Of a stretch of DNA of 64,000 nt, positions 10,290 to 20,932 are shown piece after piece. The translations under genes and the position numbers were made by a program. The stretch lies in IMG/VR virus record IMGVR_UViG_3300046799_000011, positions 47,670-111,669 of that record; one strand, given 5' to 3'. Position 1 is the first letter of the stretch; each line of letters starts with the position of its first letter. The notes under the pieces are model-generated. The model did not search any database. It was not told the DNA's origin and saw nothing but the letters and a program-made list of their open reading frames with translations. Source of the stretch: a virus.

Positions 10290-10926
10290 TGACTAGTGGA
10301 TCAAATGCATCGTAACGAAAACTGTCAAAAGAGTCACCATAAATAAATGGGATCTGGGACTGACTTATGTTAGTAGTGATAATAGTAGGCTTTCCCGCTT
10401 CATACCTTACACGGGTGAATTCATGGAGAGAACTCTCCGTAAACCCTGTGGAGGTACGGTGCTCCTGACCTACATCATCAAAGACGGTAAGAGTTGCCCT
10501 TTCAGCACGGATAAGAAGTTCCTTAGCCCTGGTCTTAACGTCTGAATCCTCCTTGGCAAAGGTATCTGTAAGCGCCTTCTTCCAATCGGAGAAGCGAACA
10601 TAGAATACCTTGTAGTTAGGACTACGGTACTGAACTTCTGTCAGAACAGCGCACGCAAGAGTGGACTTACGGGTACCATTAGGCCCAATGAGCATGAGGC
10701 CCCGCCCAATATTACTACGATCCTCAGGAAATATGCCCGATTCAGCCCTCTTGTCTGATACGTAATGATCCTCAAAAGTATTTACAAACTGCATAGCCTT
10801 TTCTCGGGCCAACATACCTGAAGTATGAGGATTACTATACTCGGCCAGCCGGATTCCCCGGAACTTGACGGGAATATTAGACCTGCTCCATCGGCCGCCA
10901 TAGAATTCGTCAGACATCTTAACCAT
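10255..10926 (-). CDS. DnaC/IstB-like AAA+ ATPase (helicase loader)
   Basis: GPNGTRKST Walker A, VFDDVGQE Walker B, PTIITTN. Confidence 0.88.
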   Translation of the reverse strand: MVKMSDEFYGGRWSRSNIPVKFRGIRLAEYSNPHTSGMLAREKAMQFVNTFEDHYVSDKRAESGIFPEDRSNIGRGLMLIGPNGTRKSTLACAVLTEVQYRSPNYKVFYVRFSDWKKALTDTFAKEDSDVKTRAKELLIRAERATLTVFDDVGQEHRTSTGFTESSLHEFTRVRYEAGKPTIITTNISQSQIPFIYGDSFDSFRYDAFDPLVIVGQDTRKTKD

Positions 10927-11241
10927 TTAGTCTCCTAGTGAATTGACATGCCTGATCTTGAGGGATACCCCAGTAGTATTACCATCCTCATAAAGATGGT
11001 AAAGATTCTTACTGATGAACTCCCAAGTAAAGTTACCAGGCTCCTCAGCGTCATTGTAACCCGCCTTCCAGCGGGAGTAAAAGATGTCCTCATAATCCTG
11101 AATGGCACAGAATGCTGCAAACGACTTATCGTCGTACAGCTCATTACCTTCCCATTCAGGCCACTCGTCCATAATAACTTCGAAAACGTAGTCAGAAGTC
11201 ACGTTCGGCATTCTGCTTTTCCCTTTCAATAAGGTAATCAA
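10927..11241 (-). CDS. hypothetical protein
   Basis: Packed ORF. Confidence 0.6.
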   Translation of the reverse strand: MITLLKGKSRMPNVTSDYVFEVIMDEWPEWEGNELYDDKSFAAFCAIQDYEDIFYSRWKAGYNDAEEPGNFTWEFISKNLYHLYEDGNTTGVSLKIRHVNSLGD

Positions 11242-11518
11242 TATGGTGCCTAGCCTTTTCTAGATCTTCTATACCGTTCTTGGCTCGGTAGCGCATGACG
11301 TACTTAACCACGTTTCCTTCCCAGAAGTCAAGCTCTCCCCGGGCTATCACTTCCCAAGGTTGAATAGCCATCGTCTTATAATGACTCCCCCCTACTTGCT
11401 TCTCAGAAGCCAACAAGGGTACAGATGCGGTGTAGTTATGAAGACCATGCTTAACGCAGCCTCGGGGCAGTCCCATATGATCAGCTTCAGGGCATTCACA
11501 TATACATGGGGGTAGCAT
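11192..11518 (-). CDS. DUF3310-family protein
   Basis: QVGGSHY...FWEGNVVKYVMRYRAKNGIEDLEKARHHI. Confidence 0.88.
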   Translation of the reverse strand: MLPPCICECPEADHMGLPRGCVKHGLHNYTASVPLLASEKQVGGSHYKTMAIQPWEVIARGELDFWEGNVVKYVMRYRAKNGIEDLEKARHHIDYLIEREKQNAERDF

Positions 11519-11730
11519 TATGCGTTCCCCAAATCGTATCGGATAGTAGTAAGACCTACATAGGCTTCCCTTATAGCATTATGGAGATTCTGATTCTCTA
11601 TTTCGAGATCCTTTGTATAGTCTGACTGCTCCTGTCCTGTGGCCTTTGCCCGTAGATAGTCGTACTCTTCTACGGTTAGAAAGTAGCCTACCTCACCATC
11701 AAAACTCATACCAATTGGCTGAGCACTCAC
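11518..11730 (-). CDS. hypothetical protein
   Basis: Packed ORF. Confidence 0.65.
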   Translation of the reverse strand: MSAQPIGMSFDGEVGYFLTVEEYDYLRAKATGQEQSDYTKDLEIENQNLHNAIREAYVGLTTIRYDLGNA

Positions 11731-12038
11731 TTGTGATCTCCCTCAAACTCTCGGAATTCATCCCACCAGGTACGTGTGGAAATTCGGGTTTCAAATACAT
11801 GCTTGTGTGCCGCGTTAGCCGCCTTGCTAATAGATGCTTTAGGCGAAAGCTTTATAGGCAAACCTACCTCATCATATGAATCTTGAAGACCCATAGTCTC
11901 ATGGATAGTTTTATCCAGCCACTTACGTTCCTTACGGATAGCAACAAAGATATAACCCCAGCCATTACTACGGACACGATAGTAATAACCTTCAGGCAAT
12001 TCTGGTGCTCCTATACTAAGGAGTTCTGCCATAGTCAT
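11727..12038 (-). CDS. hypothetical protein
   Basis: Packed ORF. Confidence 0.7.
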   Translation of the reverse strand: MTMAELLSIGAPELPEGYYYRVRSNGWGYIFVAIRKERKWLDKTIHETMGLQDSYDEVGLPIKLSPKASISKAANAAHKHVFETRISTRTWWDEFREFEGDHK

Positions 12039-13018
12039 TAGCTATCCTTAAGGATTCGGGTAAAGGTCTCCATGATATTGCCAAAGGCGGTAGTCAGTTC
12101 CTTGATATCGGAACTGAGCTGTGCCAGATCCGCCTTCTTTACAGAGAGGCTGTCGGTAACAGGGGCGATATTCTCACGAACATAGTCCACAGTCAAACCC
12201 AGCATGTCATCTGAAGTTACCGTAACAGTAGCCGAAAGCTCCCGCTTCTCTTCCTCACGAGCCACGGACTCAGCAACAAGCTTATCCAGTCCAGCAACTA
12301 CCTCAGACTTAGCCTCAGGAACGTCCTGAGGGGCCTTCTGAGGCTCTTCCAGAGCCTTGGTGGGTACAGATGCCACCGCCTTCTTTGCGGCCCTCTTACG
12401 GGGCGCTGTGGCCTTCTTAGCCGGTACGGGAGCAACACCTTCAGTCTCTTCCCGATTGGCCTCAAAGACTGCAACAGAGGCTTCACGCTCAGCAATATCC
12501 TCAGCAGACTCATAGCCCTCAAAGGCATCGATAAGTCCCTCACAGATATTCAGAGTCTGGAGATGCTTGTCATTCTTAGCGTAGCCAATGATCTCGAAAT
12601 CAGAAAGAACAGAGCTACCCTGCTCATAAGTACTCTTCGGGTTATGCGCCATAAGGAATGCTGTCTCATTACCAGTCATCTTCTCAATGACAAGCTGAGC
12701 AAGACCATACTCAAGAACAGCAAGCTCAGTCTTCCGATGGACAAAGCACTCTTCCGGAAGAGCGGAAAGCTCAGGAGTCATCGGAGCCATATCAGACTTG
12801 ATAACTGTAAGCTTGAATTCCCACTCTGCGGCAATCTTGATAATGTTACGAATTGCCGGACCCATGTACTTGAAGAGCGGAAGGATAAGATGCACCTCAC
12901 GCTCTGCATCAGGATCCGGAAAGATCCAATCACCAAGGGATTCTTGAAGATGGGACAGGCTTGCATTACCAGAGCCTGCGACCATAATCGTCAGGTCCCT
13001 ATTGAAATCGCGGGTCAT
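12038..13018 (-). CDS. hypothetical protein with basic Ala/Lys-rich linker
   Basis: 326-aa ORF with GGAGG RBS, first gene after a promoter; PAKKATAPRKRAAKKA. Confidence 0.8.
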   Translation of the reverse strand: MTRDFNRDLTIMVAGSGNASLSHLQESLGDWIFPDPDAEREVHLILPLFKYMGPAIRNIIKIAAEWEFKLTVIKSDMAPMTPELSALPEECFVHRKTELAVLEYGLAQLVIEKMTGNETAFLMAHNPKSTYEQGSSVLSDFEIIGYAKNDKHLQTLNICEGLIDAFEGYESAEDIAEREASVAVFEANREETEGVAPVPAKKATAPRKRAAKKAVASVPTKALEEPQKAPQDVPEAKSEVVAGLDKLVAESVAREEEKRELSATVTVTSDDMLGLTVDYVRENIAPVTDSLSVKKADLAQLSSDIKELTTAFGNIMETFTRILKDS

Positions 13019-13048
13019 TTATCCTCCTGTAAGACGTTGATGGGTTGA

Positions 13049-13077
13049 ACTCTACGAGTAGCTATCGGATCTGTCAA
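13049..13077 (-). promoter_or_regulatory. housekeeping-sigma-type promoter for the leftward replication operon
   Basis: TTGACA-17-TAGAGT on minus strand. Confidence 0.75.
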
Positions 13078-13337
13078 GGGGGTGGAGGAATATTTGATCT
13101 CCGCTTGTTGACAGTAGGCTTGGGCGCTGGTACATCTCTAGTAGTTACAAGTTGTACCAGCAAGACACCTCCCGCTACGGCAAGAATCTCACGTAGTCCG
13201 GTGGGTGTACGCCATGAAAGATACGCGGTAGCTGGGATGACTGTCAAGTGGATGAACCAGTCAGGTGCCCGGTAGATGTACGGACGTAAAAACTCCCATA
13301 ACCATAGGGCCATGAGAGCTGAAGTGATAAGTTGCAT
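13074..13337 (-). CDS. small membrane protein (possible holin)
   Basis: 2-3 hydrophobic segments, basic C-terminus. Confidence 0.55.
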   Translation of the reverse strand: MQLITSALMALWLWEFLRPYIYRAPDWFIHLTVIPATAYLSWRTPTGLREILAVAGGVLLVQLVTTRDVPAPKPTVNKRRSNIPPPP

Positions 13338-13447
13338 AGATTCTCCTTGGTAGATTTCAGAGTCTACCAGACCTTGACAGACGAAGTCTCTCCTTGACAG
13401 GTACCACAGATATATGTATACTTTTCTTTATAATCTTTTAGTTATAT

Positions 13448-13500
13448 AAATAAAGAAAAAGAGATACCTAAGTAAATTAAGTATCTCTTTTTCTTTATTT
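13448..13500. terminator. 20-bp perfect inverted repeat ending the structural operon
   Basis: AAATAAAGAAAAAGAGATAC-13 nt-GTATCTCTTTTTCTTTATTT in an AT-rich intergenic region. Confidence 0.7.
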
Positions 13501-13503
13501 TAA

Positions 13504-15888
13504 TTATGTTATTGGTTGTGCAAATAGAAGATTATAATCTTCTCCTACAGGTAGTACTGAAGTTATAGCTTCATTTAAACTAAGGAATTTATTATTGTAA
13601 TCCTTATAGTAATAAGATCTAGCTAAATTAGCTGTCCCTCCGGACTCCCACTTGTAATCAGCAGAGGCGTAGCCTCCATCAAAGTAACCATTGTAAGTTT
13701 CAGTTTCTTCTACCAGAAGGGAATCAATCCAGTAAGAGAAAGGAGCATGGGCTAAGTCTTGGAATTGTACAAAGATATTAAAAATATAATCTTGTAGGCC
13801 CTCTGGTGGAATAGTATAAGTGAATTGGAATCTAGCCCAATTACCATCTATATTTTCAGGATTAGTTATCTTCTGGTCATTGATAGAGTGTCTCGATACT
13901 CCTAAGAAATTACCATCATAAAAATCTACAAACACGTCTGGACAATTATCACCTTGTAAAAGCCAACCAGAAATAGTATAAGTATGTCCTGGCTTAAGCC
14001 CCTGAACTACTGGATACAACCCCGCAGTAATTTTTGGTTTATTTGCTACACCAATCTTTGCATTAGAAGCTCCAGTAAACGTACCGCTAGGAGCTACTAC
14101 ATTTACCCGTAAAGAACCTAAAGATTGATAACCAACTGTGCTGTCCCAAGCCACTGTTGCCGGAGTTGGTGTTCCCGTAGTACCTGAATTCGACTGGAAC
14201 CATTGAGCAATTCCGGTATTGAATCCTGAGTTAACTACATAGTTTACCCTATCAGCTTTTACATTAATCTGTGCAGCTCTTGGGTGCTGGTAGTCTGTTG
14301 CTGCCTCTGTGAACTTAAGAGAGGCAGTTGTGATGGAATTGTTGCTGGTATACACCGTTTCCACTAATGGGGCTGTAACCTCAACTACGGGAACTACAGC
14401 CACCCAGGCAGCGTTAGTAGGAACCACAGTTTGATCCGCGTAAACTACACCGCTCTGCCAAATATTACTTCCAGGATGAGTGTTCTGGTTATTGATCAGA
14501 GCCTGTTGGTATGTGGATTCCACAAGGATATTATACGAAGCATCATAGAATACAAGACTGGCAAACCAGATGGTATTAGCTCTTGCAGTAGACAGATAGA
14601 CACTTCCAAAGAATGCCTCAGGATTTCCACTGTCATAACGTACAGGTACTAACGCTTCAAACTGAGGTAATACAAAGTAACCGAGAGTTGCATCACCTAA
14701 GGTGGCAGGACTTGTATTGGAAATTATCTTTCCTGAGTATTGTCCGTTCAAAGCCAGGTCAGTACTTCGGGTAATAGATGTAACACCCGTACCCGGAGAA
14801 TACGCACAGCTATCAGTATAGATAGATGCGTTCAAAGGTAGTCTATTACCCAAACCTGTTGTTGTTTCTACTTGGGCATTAGTAAATAGGGTTGGGTTGG
14901 TATCTATAGGACTTAACGTGTTTCTTACATTTACGTAAGCTGCTGGTTGGAAGTAACTACCATCACGGTAAGGCATAGGAGCTGCAATAGGAGTTGAGTT
15001 ATTGAACCAGCCGTTGACTGCCAATGTTCCTGCGAACTCCAGCGGATTGAGGGGTGCCCACGCATTGGTAACCAGAGGATCCACAGTTTGTACCGCTGCT
15101 GTGTAAACGAAGTCGGTCAGTCCTCCCTCAGGTATCCCTAGAGTGACGTTAAACGCCGCTCTGAAGCCCGCTGAGGCGTTAACAGAACCCGATAGGGCAT
15201 TGGGGTCAGTCAGGGAAATCTGACCGCTTACAGAGGCTGTGGCGGTTCCTGTGGAGCTGAGTTCAAGGCTGTCGTACGGATTGTTTACATGAGAAATATA
15301 GGCAAAGTTATCCGGATTCTCTAGCCCAGTGAATCCAGAGAATATGGTTACCGTTACGGAAGAACCATCCCATGTGTATGGGACGCTACCTTGTTGTGTC
15401 CACGTAGATCCGTCAGGGGAAGTATCAAAGTACAAAGTAACCTTTGCTACGTCTCTAATACGCCAGTAAGCATGTGCCACGGGATCGTACGTAGGCATTT
15501 GATTAATAGTGATATTGGAATCATCAGAGACATAGGCATTGAACTGACCATTAGGCCCTTGAGAGATTTCAACATAGTTATGTCTGTCAAATCGTATAAG
15601 GAGACCTGTTTGAATTCCGCCATTACCAGCGGGAGCCGGAACTATCTTCGCAAAGAAGTAACTGTCTTCCAAGTCATACAGTGAGGCACCCATATAACTT
15701 GGGGTATCTGTAGCTTCTACATAGACCAATTCCTGTACAGCATCGAACCCATAGTTACCGCTATTGGTATTCCATTGCGGATTGATGAAGTCGCTGGAGT
15801 CTCCAAAACCCCCATCACCAAAGCCGAAGAAACCAAAGCCACCGCCCAAAAAGATATCGGTCAGGGTACTTGTTTTTGGATTTGCCAT
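13504..15888 (-). CDS. tail/baseplate receptor-binding protein with carbohydrate-binding-like domains
   Basis: Last gene of tail operon; beta-rich; NYVVNSGFN...YTISGW...IDSLLVEE CBM-like pattern. Confidence 0.7.
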   Translation of the reverse strand: MANPKTSTLTDIFLGGGFGFFGFGDGGFGDSSDFINPQWNTNSGNYGFDAVQELVYVEATDTPSYMGASLYDLEDSYFFAKIVPAPAGNGGIQTGLLIRFDRHNYVEISQGPNGQFNAYVSDDSNITINQMPTYDPVAHAYWRIRDVAKVTLYFDTSPDGSTWTQQGSVPYTWDGSSVTVTIFSGFTGLENPDNFAYISHVNNPYDSLELSSTGTATASVSGQISLTDPNALSGSVNASAGFRAAFNVTLGIPEGGLTDFVYTAAVQTVDPLVTNAWAPLNPLEFAGTLAVNGWFNNSTPIAAPMPYRDGSYFQPAAYVNVRNTLSPIDTNPTLFTNAQVETTTGLGNRLPLNASIYTDSCAYSPGTGVTSITRSTDLALNGQYSGKIISNTSPATLGDATLGYFVLPQFEALVPVRYDSGNPEAFFGSVYLSTARANTIWFASLVFYDASYNILVESTYQQALINNQNTHPGSNIWQSGVVYADQTVVPTNAAWVAVVPVVEVTAPLVETVYTSNNSITTASLKFTEAATDYQHPRAAQINVKADRVNYVVNSGFNTGIAQWFQSNSGTTGTPTPATVAWDSTVGYQSLGSLRVNVVAPSGTFTGASNAKIGVANKPKITAGLYPVVQGLKPGHTYTISGWLLQGDNCPDVFVDFYDGNFLGVSRHSINDQKITNPENIDGNWARFQFTYTIPPEGLQDYIFNIFVQFQDLAHAPFSYWIDSLLVEETETYNGYFDGGYASADYKWESGGTANLARSYYYKDYNNKFLSLNEAITSVLPVGEDYNLLFAQPIT

Positions 15889-18273
15889 TTATAGTGCTCC
15901 AGTTGCTGAATACTTCTGAATAATACCAACGCGGCCTACACTACCAGCACTAGGACCAGTGGCTACAGAATGACAGATACGTGTAAGAGATCCGTCACCA
16001 TTGCGAGTGTATTTGTATACATCGATATTAGCATTTACATCTACTAAGATTCTGTCTTCATCTTCTAGCCGAGTCCAGGAAGCCAATGAAGTATCTACAC
16101 CTCCGTTTACTCTACGTAAGCTGGTTCTTGTAACGTAGTAGAAGTTCAGACTGTCTTGCCAATCGAATATAACTCCGTGAGTCTTATGCCCCGTGTCTGT
16201 ATAGTCCGTGGCAAAAGTTACACCTAATCTGCCGCGTGTATTTCCTACATCCAAAGTCAGATATAAATACGCAGTAGTGCCCGCTGCTACCTGGTCAACC
16301 CAAGCCATACCATAACTTGAACGCCATAGACTGTCGGCTCCCTCTTCTTCTATGCTGGGAAGCCAGAAGGCATTACCAATAGTTCCATCGGTTGCGGCAT
16401 TTGCGAGTGATGGTTCTGTAGTGCCTGCCAGATCAGCGTAGTCCGCTACATAACGTGCAACTACACCTTCAGCATTTACGTTATAGCCGGAATAGAAACT
16501 GGAAGTATTGTTAATTAAATTACCATTTTTATCGTAGAACCACAGGGTAGTGAATACCTCGTTGATTCCGGCGTCAGCAACATTTCTACCCCAAGCACCA
16601 GAGGAAACCAAAGTCTTCTGTGAAGGTGAGATAAATACCCAATTAGCGTTGGAGTAGTAGTAACCACTTGGCTGGCTATTAATATTGTCGAAACCGGCCT
16701 GGTAAACAATACCCAAGTATTCAACCTGAGTACCCTCAGCGTACTTAGTGGTTGAATTCCATTGAGGTAGCTGGGCTACAGGAATTCCATCCCTAATAAT
16801 GTTAGGTCTGTCTGCTGTTGTGAAGTAGAACGGCTGCCAGAAAGACTGATCTGTTCCCGGAGTCTTTGCTCCATATGCCGTTCCTGGTCCTGAGGGCTTT
16901 AGCGCCTTGTAGTAATAACCATCAGTGTAAAGAACATTGTTGTCTATTACGTAGTTTGTACCAGAGGAGTAGTTAGGTGTGTACAGCGCAGTTGTTGAAT
17001 CTAATAGATCTGTGCCACCTACGTTCGTCTGTACTATAGACAGTGCATTCCAATTATTTATAGCGGTATCTGTTGGATGCGGTAGTCCTGTACGAACTCC
17101 TACAATACTTCCGGTTGCCCCACCAGCACCTGTGTATCCCCAAGTGGACTGCTGATTGGTCTGAGGATTCTTATTGGTAGTCGTATCCGAAATGTACTGC
17201 TGTACTGTCCACCAAGTATTGGCAGAAGTTGTACCTGTGGGAGCCTGAGCTTGTCCCTTGGATTGCACAAGGTTCTTATAGTTATAACCGTTGTACTGAA
17301 TTATCTGGTTGACAAAGTATGTAGTATTAGCACTCCACAAATCATAAGTTGGATGTACAAAAGCAGTTTGATCCGCGTCATTGTACATATTGGGACCATA
17401 AGTAATCTCAGAATCCCAGCCCGCTAACTCAGCAATAAGATTATGAATACTCTGAGTCTGACCCTTCATACGGTAGTTGACAGCCGCGTTCTTTACGCGC
17501 TGTCTACGTTGTTGTGGCGTAGACAGATAATCAGACTGTATGCCTAGTTGTTGACCTAACATATCCAGGTAAGTTGCTGACACAGTATCTGCATTGCCCA
17601 GTTCAAGGTATGAGTCGTACTCTGCCTTCAGCATATCCAAACCGAATCCAAATATAGATTCATAATTGAATAGCGCCTGGTTGTCAACAGCCGTATTAGA
17701 GAAAGTATCTGAGGTACTGATCTTATACGGCTGAGGAGTTCTGTCGTACAGGCGTGTTGTATATCCTTGATTACCAATAGCCAGCGTGGCAGTAAACCCG
17801 GCCGGATACCAGGTAGGAATGTAGTTAGTAGGTGACCAGAAAGAGGAACCGGCTGCTGGAATGTGGTTTGTATTACTGTTCTGAGTGCTTGTCCAGTACA
17901 GGCCATTGTAAAGAACTTGCTGGTTGAGAATGTAAGTGGATCCGGAGTTCCAAGTAGGTGCCTCTACAGAGATGAACATGGAGTAGTAGTAGATAACACC
18001 AGAGTCTAATCCGGGATCATCATACGTTCTTACAATTGTTCCAGGATAAATAGTAGTAAGTACTACACCATCCTCAGGTCTACTTGGATAACCGTAAGTA
18101 CTTCTAACCAACTCCATAACTTTCCAGGACGTTGTATTAGGGGACGCCCAAGATAGAGTAATGTCACCGTAGTCAGTCTGTGTAGCTACAAAAGGTGCAA
18201 CACTGTAATCCGCTGGCTGAGAATACCCGTAAGTCGCCAGACCATAGATATCAACACCAAATCCTTGACTCAT
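15889..18273 (-). CDS. baseplate wedge/tail protein (P2 gpI-like) with CBM5/12-like repeats
   Basis: YLDMLGQQLG...YRMKG wedge motif; repeated WxxxxxYxxxxxVxYNG units. Confidence 0.75.
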   Translation of the reverse strand: MSQGFGVDIYGLATYGYSQPADYSVAPFVATQTDYGDITLSWASPNTTSWKVMELVRSTYGYPSRPEDGVVLTTIYPGTIVRTYDDPGLDSGVIYYYSMFISVEAPTWNSGSTYILNQQVLYNGLYWTSTQNSNTNHIPAAGSSFWSPTNYIPTWYPAGFTATLAIGNQGYTTRLYDRTPQPYKISTSDTFSNTAVDNQALFNYESIFGFGLDMLKAEYDSYLELGNADTVSATYLDMLGQQLGIQSDYLSTPQQRRQRVKNAAVNYRMKGQTQSIHNLIAELAGWDSEITYGPNMYNDADQTAFVHPTYDLWSANTTYFVNQIIQYNGYNYKNLVQSKGQAQAPTGTTSANTWWTVQQYISDTTTNKNPQTNQQSTWGYTGAGGATGSIVGVRTGLPHPTDTAINNWNALSIVQTNVGGTDLLDSTTALYTPNYSSGTNYVIDNNVLYTDGYYYKALKPSGPGTAYGAKTPGTDQSFWQPFYFTTADRPNIIRDGIPVAQLPQWNSTTKYAEGTQVEYLGIVYQAGFDNINSQPSGYYYSNANWVFISPSQKTLVSSGAWGRNVADAGINEVFTTLWFYDKNGNLINNTSSFYSGYNVNAEGVVARYVADYADLAGTTEPSLANAATDGTIGNAFWLPSIEEEGADSLWRSSYGMAWVDQVAAGTTAYLYLTLDVGNTRGRLGVTFATDYTDTGHKTHGVIFDWQDSLNFYYVTRTSLRRVNGGVDTSLASWTRLEDEDRILVDVNANIDVYKYTRNGDGSLTRICHSVATGPSAGSVGRVGIIQKYSATGAL

Positions 18274-18293
18274 ATGTTTATTCTCCTAGTTGA

Positions 18294-18971
18294 TTACAGG
18301 TTGTTCAATGTTGGTGGATCTCTATGATAAGTAATAGCACAGAATGCTGTAGCTATAAGTTGTGGTGTATACCCGCTCTGTCTTACCTGCATACGCACTG
18401 AACTACCATTGGCCCAAGGCGCTGTAATAGATGCGGACTGATGTGTGGACTTCTGCCAACCTATGGGGAAGAATCCTCCCTGGTTTACTACATTGGCTAC
18501 TTGACCTGAAGGTACTAGAGCAATAAATAGCTCACCATTTCTATTGAATACCGGCTGCTGGTTATCTAGATAAGTAGAATCATGGTGCCATCTGATATAG
18601 ATATCAAAAGTATAAATACCTGAGCGCTTACATGTCAGGCTAGAACCTGCGGTCCACATGTTGTGGGTGTCGTAAGTTTGGTTAGTCCAGTTTACTGTAG
18701 TTGTAGTATTGTACGGAACTGTAAAGTTATGTGCTGATACATATACATAGGGATTTGACACACCCTTGCGAACGGCAGATATTCTGGAACTTACTGAGGG
18801 CCAGGTATTTACTGCTCCGTCAATAGTATCAGTTTGAGGATTCGTACCTAATGTAGTTTGGATGGCACGAATTTCATCATAGGAAACATTGACATCCGCC
18901 GCTTCAACCAGTTCCGTAAAGTCCTGACGGTATGCGAATGTTTTAATAGCTGAAGGATAAACCGCTACCAT
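18294..18971 (-). CDS. minor tail/baseplate protein
   Basis: Position; beta-rich C-terminal domain. Confidence 0.65.
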   Translation of the reverse strand: MVAVYPSAIKTFAYRQDFTELVEAADVNVSYDEIRAIQTTLGTNPQTDTIDGAVNTWPSVSSRISAVRKGVSNPYVYVSAHNFTVPYNTTTTVNWTNQTYDTHNMWTAGSSLTCKRSGIYTFDIYIRWHHDSTYLDNQQPVFNRNGELFIALVPSGQVANVVNQGGFFPIGWQKSTHQSASITAPWANGSSVRMQVRQSGYTPQLIATAFCAITYHRDPPTLNNL

Positions 18972-18981
18972 CTAGCTCTCC

Positions 18982-20508
18982 TTAGGTAGTTGCTGTAACA
19001 GTAACGATGATGTTTCCAGCAGTGGGTAATTCATTATTTCTCATAAGAATATCTGCTGCACCAGATTGTGTTGCATCGCTTCTGACGAATAGGGGGATAT
19101 TAACGTACTGTACACCTGGAATCTGGGATAGCGCCGAGTAGACAGCACTTAAAGTTACACGCCCGCCCAGAAGGGTATTAGCTGGGGCGAAGAGATTCTG
19201 AATAGCCTGAACCGCAAGTATCTGAATAGATGTAGGACTGTAACGAGAACTACAACCAATGAGTACTGGGCTACCTGTTGACCCCACGTTAATCGGTACC
19301 AAGGTAGCGGCTGTGCATGTAACTAAAGTTCCGGCAAGAGACAAAGGCTGTAGGTACGCGGTAACGTCATCCAACGTGGCCTGAGTGGGTACGGTATTAC
19401 CTTGCCCTGTAATATAAACCGTTATGTTTGTGTAGGTATTAGCTACAGCTCTGGCCTGGGAAACGATAGGCAGGGACATAGCTAGATTGCCATAGTCAGT
19501 TAGCGTTACTGCCCGCTGTTGGGTAGTGAAGGCCAACGGTGCGTTAGTGCGGATCTGATCTATGGTCTCTGCCTCGGTGCCTCCTGTAGTAGAGGTAGAG
19601 GAGGCAATAGAAATACCGGTTATAGCTGAAGCTATATCAACAATGGAATTAGCTGACAGGTTACCGATAGTTCCCCCGCCTACACGGTAATTAGCATAGA
19701 TGCTTAATCCGGATGGTGGGACAGAACCATTGATGCCATCACCAAAGTGAATAGAAACAACACCATCAGCATCCACGGATTCAGCCCAAGCCAGATCGGC
19801 AGAACCGGATTGCTGTAGAGAAGGAACTTGATTCCAGGGAAGAATAGGATCCTGGCCACTGGTAGTTCCGAAGGCAGGGTTCTGTACATAAACAGTAATG
19901 GAACCACTTACTACAGGATTGTTGGCAAGAGTAAATGCCTGTAGATCTGCGCCTGTGGATGTGCCCAGAAGTTCTGTAGTAATAGAGAAGGGGGAAGTAG
20001 TGGAGTTACCTATAGTAAATACCGCTGAGCCCTGAGTAATTCCCTGGACTACGGGAACGGCTATTGTTCCTCCGGCTGCGGGAACTGTAGCGGCTGCGGT
20101 TGTCTCAAAGACAATAGGGCCATTGATGCTGGACACGTAGTTAGTAGTAACCTGTGTAGCTAATGGAACAGCTACTGCACCAGAAGTACTATCGGTTTGG
20201 AAAGTAACTGTACCTGTGGCTGCAAGAGCTTGTCCCGGCGTATAGCCTAGTAACGCAGCTAATTGAATAACTGAGGAAAGCTGAGTGGCAGTACCTATAT
20301 AAGCTTCGGAAACTATACGGTCACCATAGTAGGAAAGCACGTCAAGTTCTCTGGCAAGGGATTCCAGAAGCATGACTTCAAGACTACCCGGATTCTGATT
20401 GGTCCATTCTGGAAATGCTGTTTTAGCAAAGTCCAGCATAGAACCTATGAAACCTGTGTAGTCCTTACTTGTGTAATCGATTGCGGGAACGCCATTAACT
20501 GTTGCCAC
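18982..20508 (-). CDS. baseplate J-like wedge protein
   Basis: IDYTSKDY...LSYYGD; YRVGGG; GGTEAETIDQIR; RAVTLTDY. Confidence 0.92.
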   Translation of the reverse strand: MATVNGVPAIDYTSKDYTGFIGSMLDFAKTAFPEWTNQNPGSLEVMLLESLARELDVLSYYGDRIVSEAYIGTATQLSSVIQLAALLGYTPGQALAATGTVTFQTDSTSGAVAVPLATQVTTNYVSSINGPIVFETTAAATVPAAGGTIAVPVVQGITQGSAVFTIGNSTTSPFSITTELLGTSTGADLQAFTLANNPVVSGSITVYVQNPAFGTTSGQDPILPWNQVPSLQQSGSADLAWAESVDADGVVSIHFGDGINGSVPPSGLSIYANYRVGGGTIGNLSANSIVDIASAITGISIASSTSTTGGTEAETIDQIRTNAPLAFTTQQRAVTLTDYGNLAMSLPIVSQARAVANTYTNITVYITGQGNTVPTQATLDDVTAYLQPLSLAGTLVTCTAATLVPINVGSTGSPVLIGCSSRYSPTSIQILAVQAIQNLFAPANTLLGGRVTLSAVYSALSQIPGVQYVNIPLFVRSDATQSGAADILMRNNELPTAGNIIVTVTATT

Positions 20509-20914
20509 TGACTGTGACCTCCTTTACTGTTCCGCCGACTTCTACCGTTACTACATTAGCAACAGAGCTGCTAGCAGATGCTTGGAGAAGAGGTCTGTAG
20601 TTTACGCTGACAGCGGCAACGCCATCGTTTGCTTGGTCTGTTTTAGGTGTTACTGAAAGTACTTCAATTCCAGGTTCAAAGGTGTTAAGTTGCTGAGTAA
20701 CTAAAGTTCCTAGCTCTGTTGCAATAAGACTATTATTGGCATCGAATAGCAACTGGGATAAAGGAAGTCCCATGTCAGCGCGCATTGCTCGTTGCCCAAG
20801 TTCTGTGGAAACGATTGCGTCAATTCTTTGCAGTACCTGAACTGCTTGGTCAGTCTCTACTGACACCGCCCCATTTTCCAGGACAGCAAACGGTATGCTA
20901 ATTTGTGTACCCAT
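20495..20914 (-). CDS. gp25-like baseplate wedge subunit
   Basis: TELGQRAMRADMG...LLF...FEP. Confidence 0.88.
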   Translation of the reverse strand: MGTQISIPFAVLENGAVSVETDQAVQVLQRIDAIVSTELGQRAMRADMGLPLSQLLFDANNSLIATELGTLVTQQLNTFEPGIEVLSVTPKTDQANDGVAAVSVNYRPLLQASASSSVANVVTVEVGGTVKEVTVSGNS

Positions 20915-20932
20915 ATATTTATTATCCCAGAT

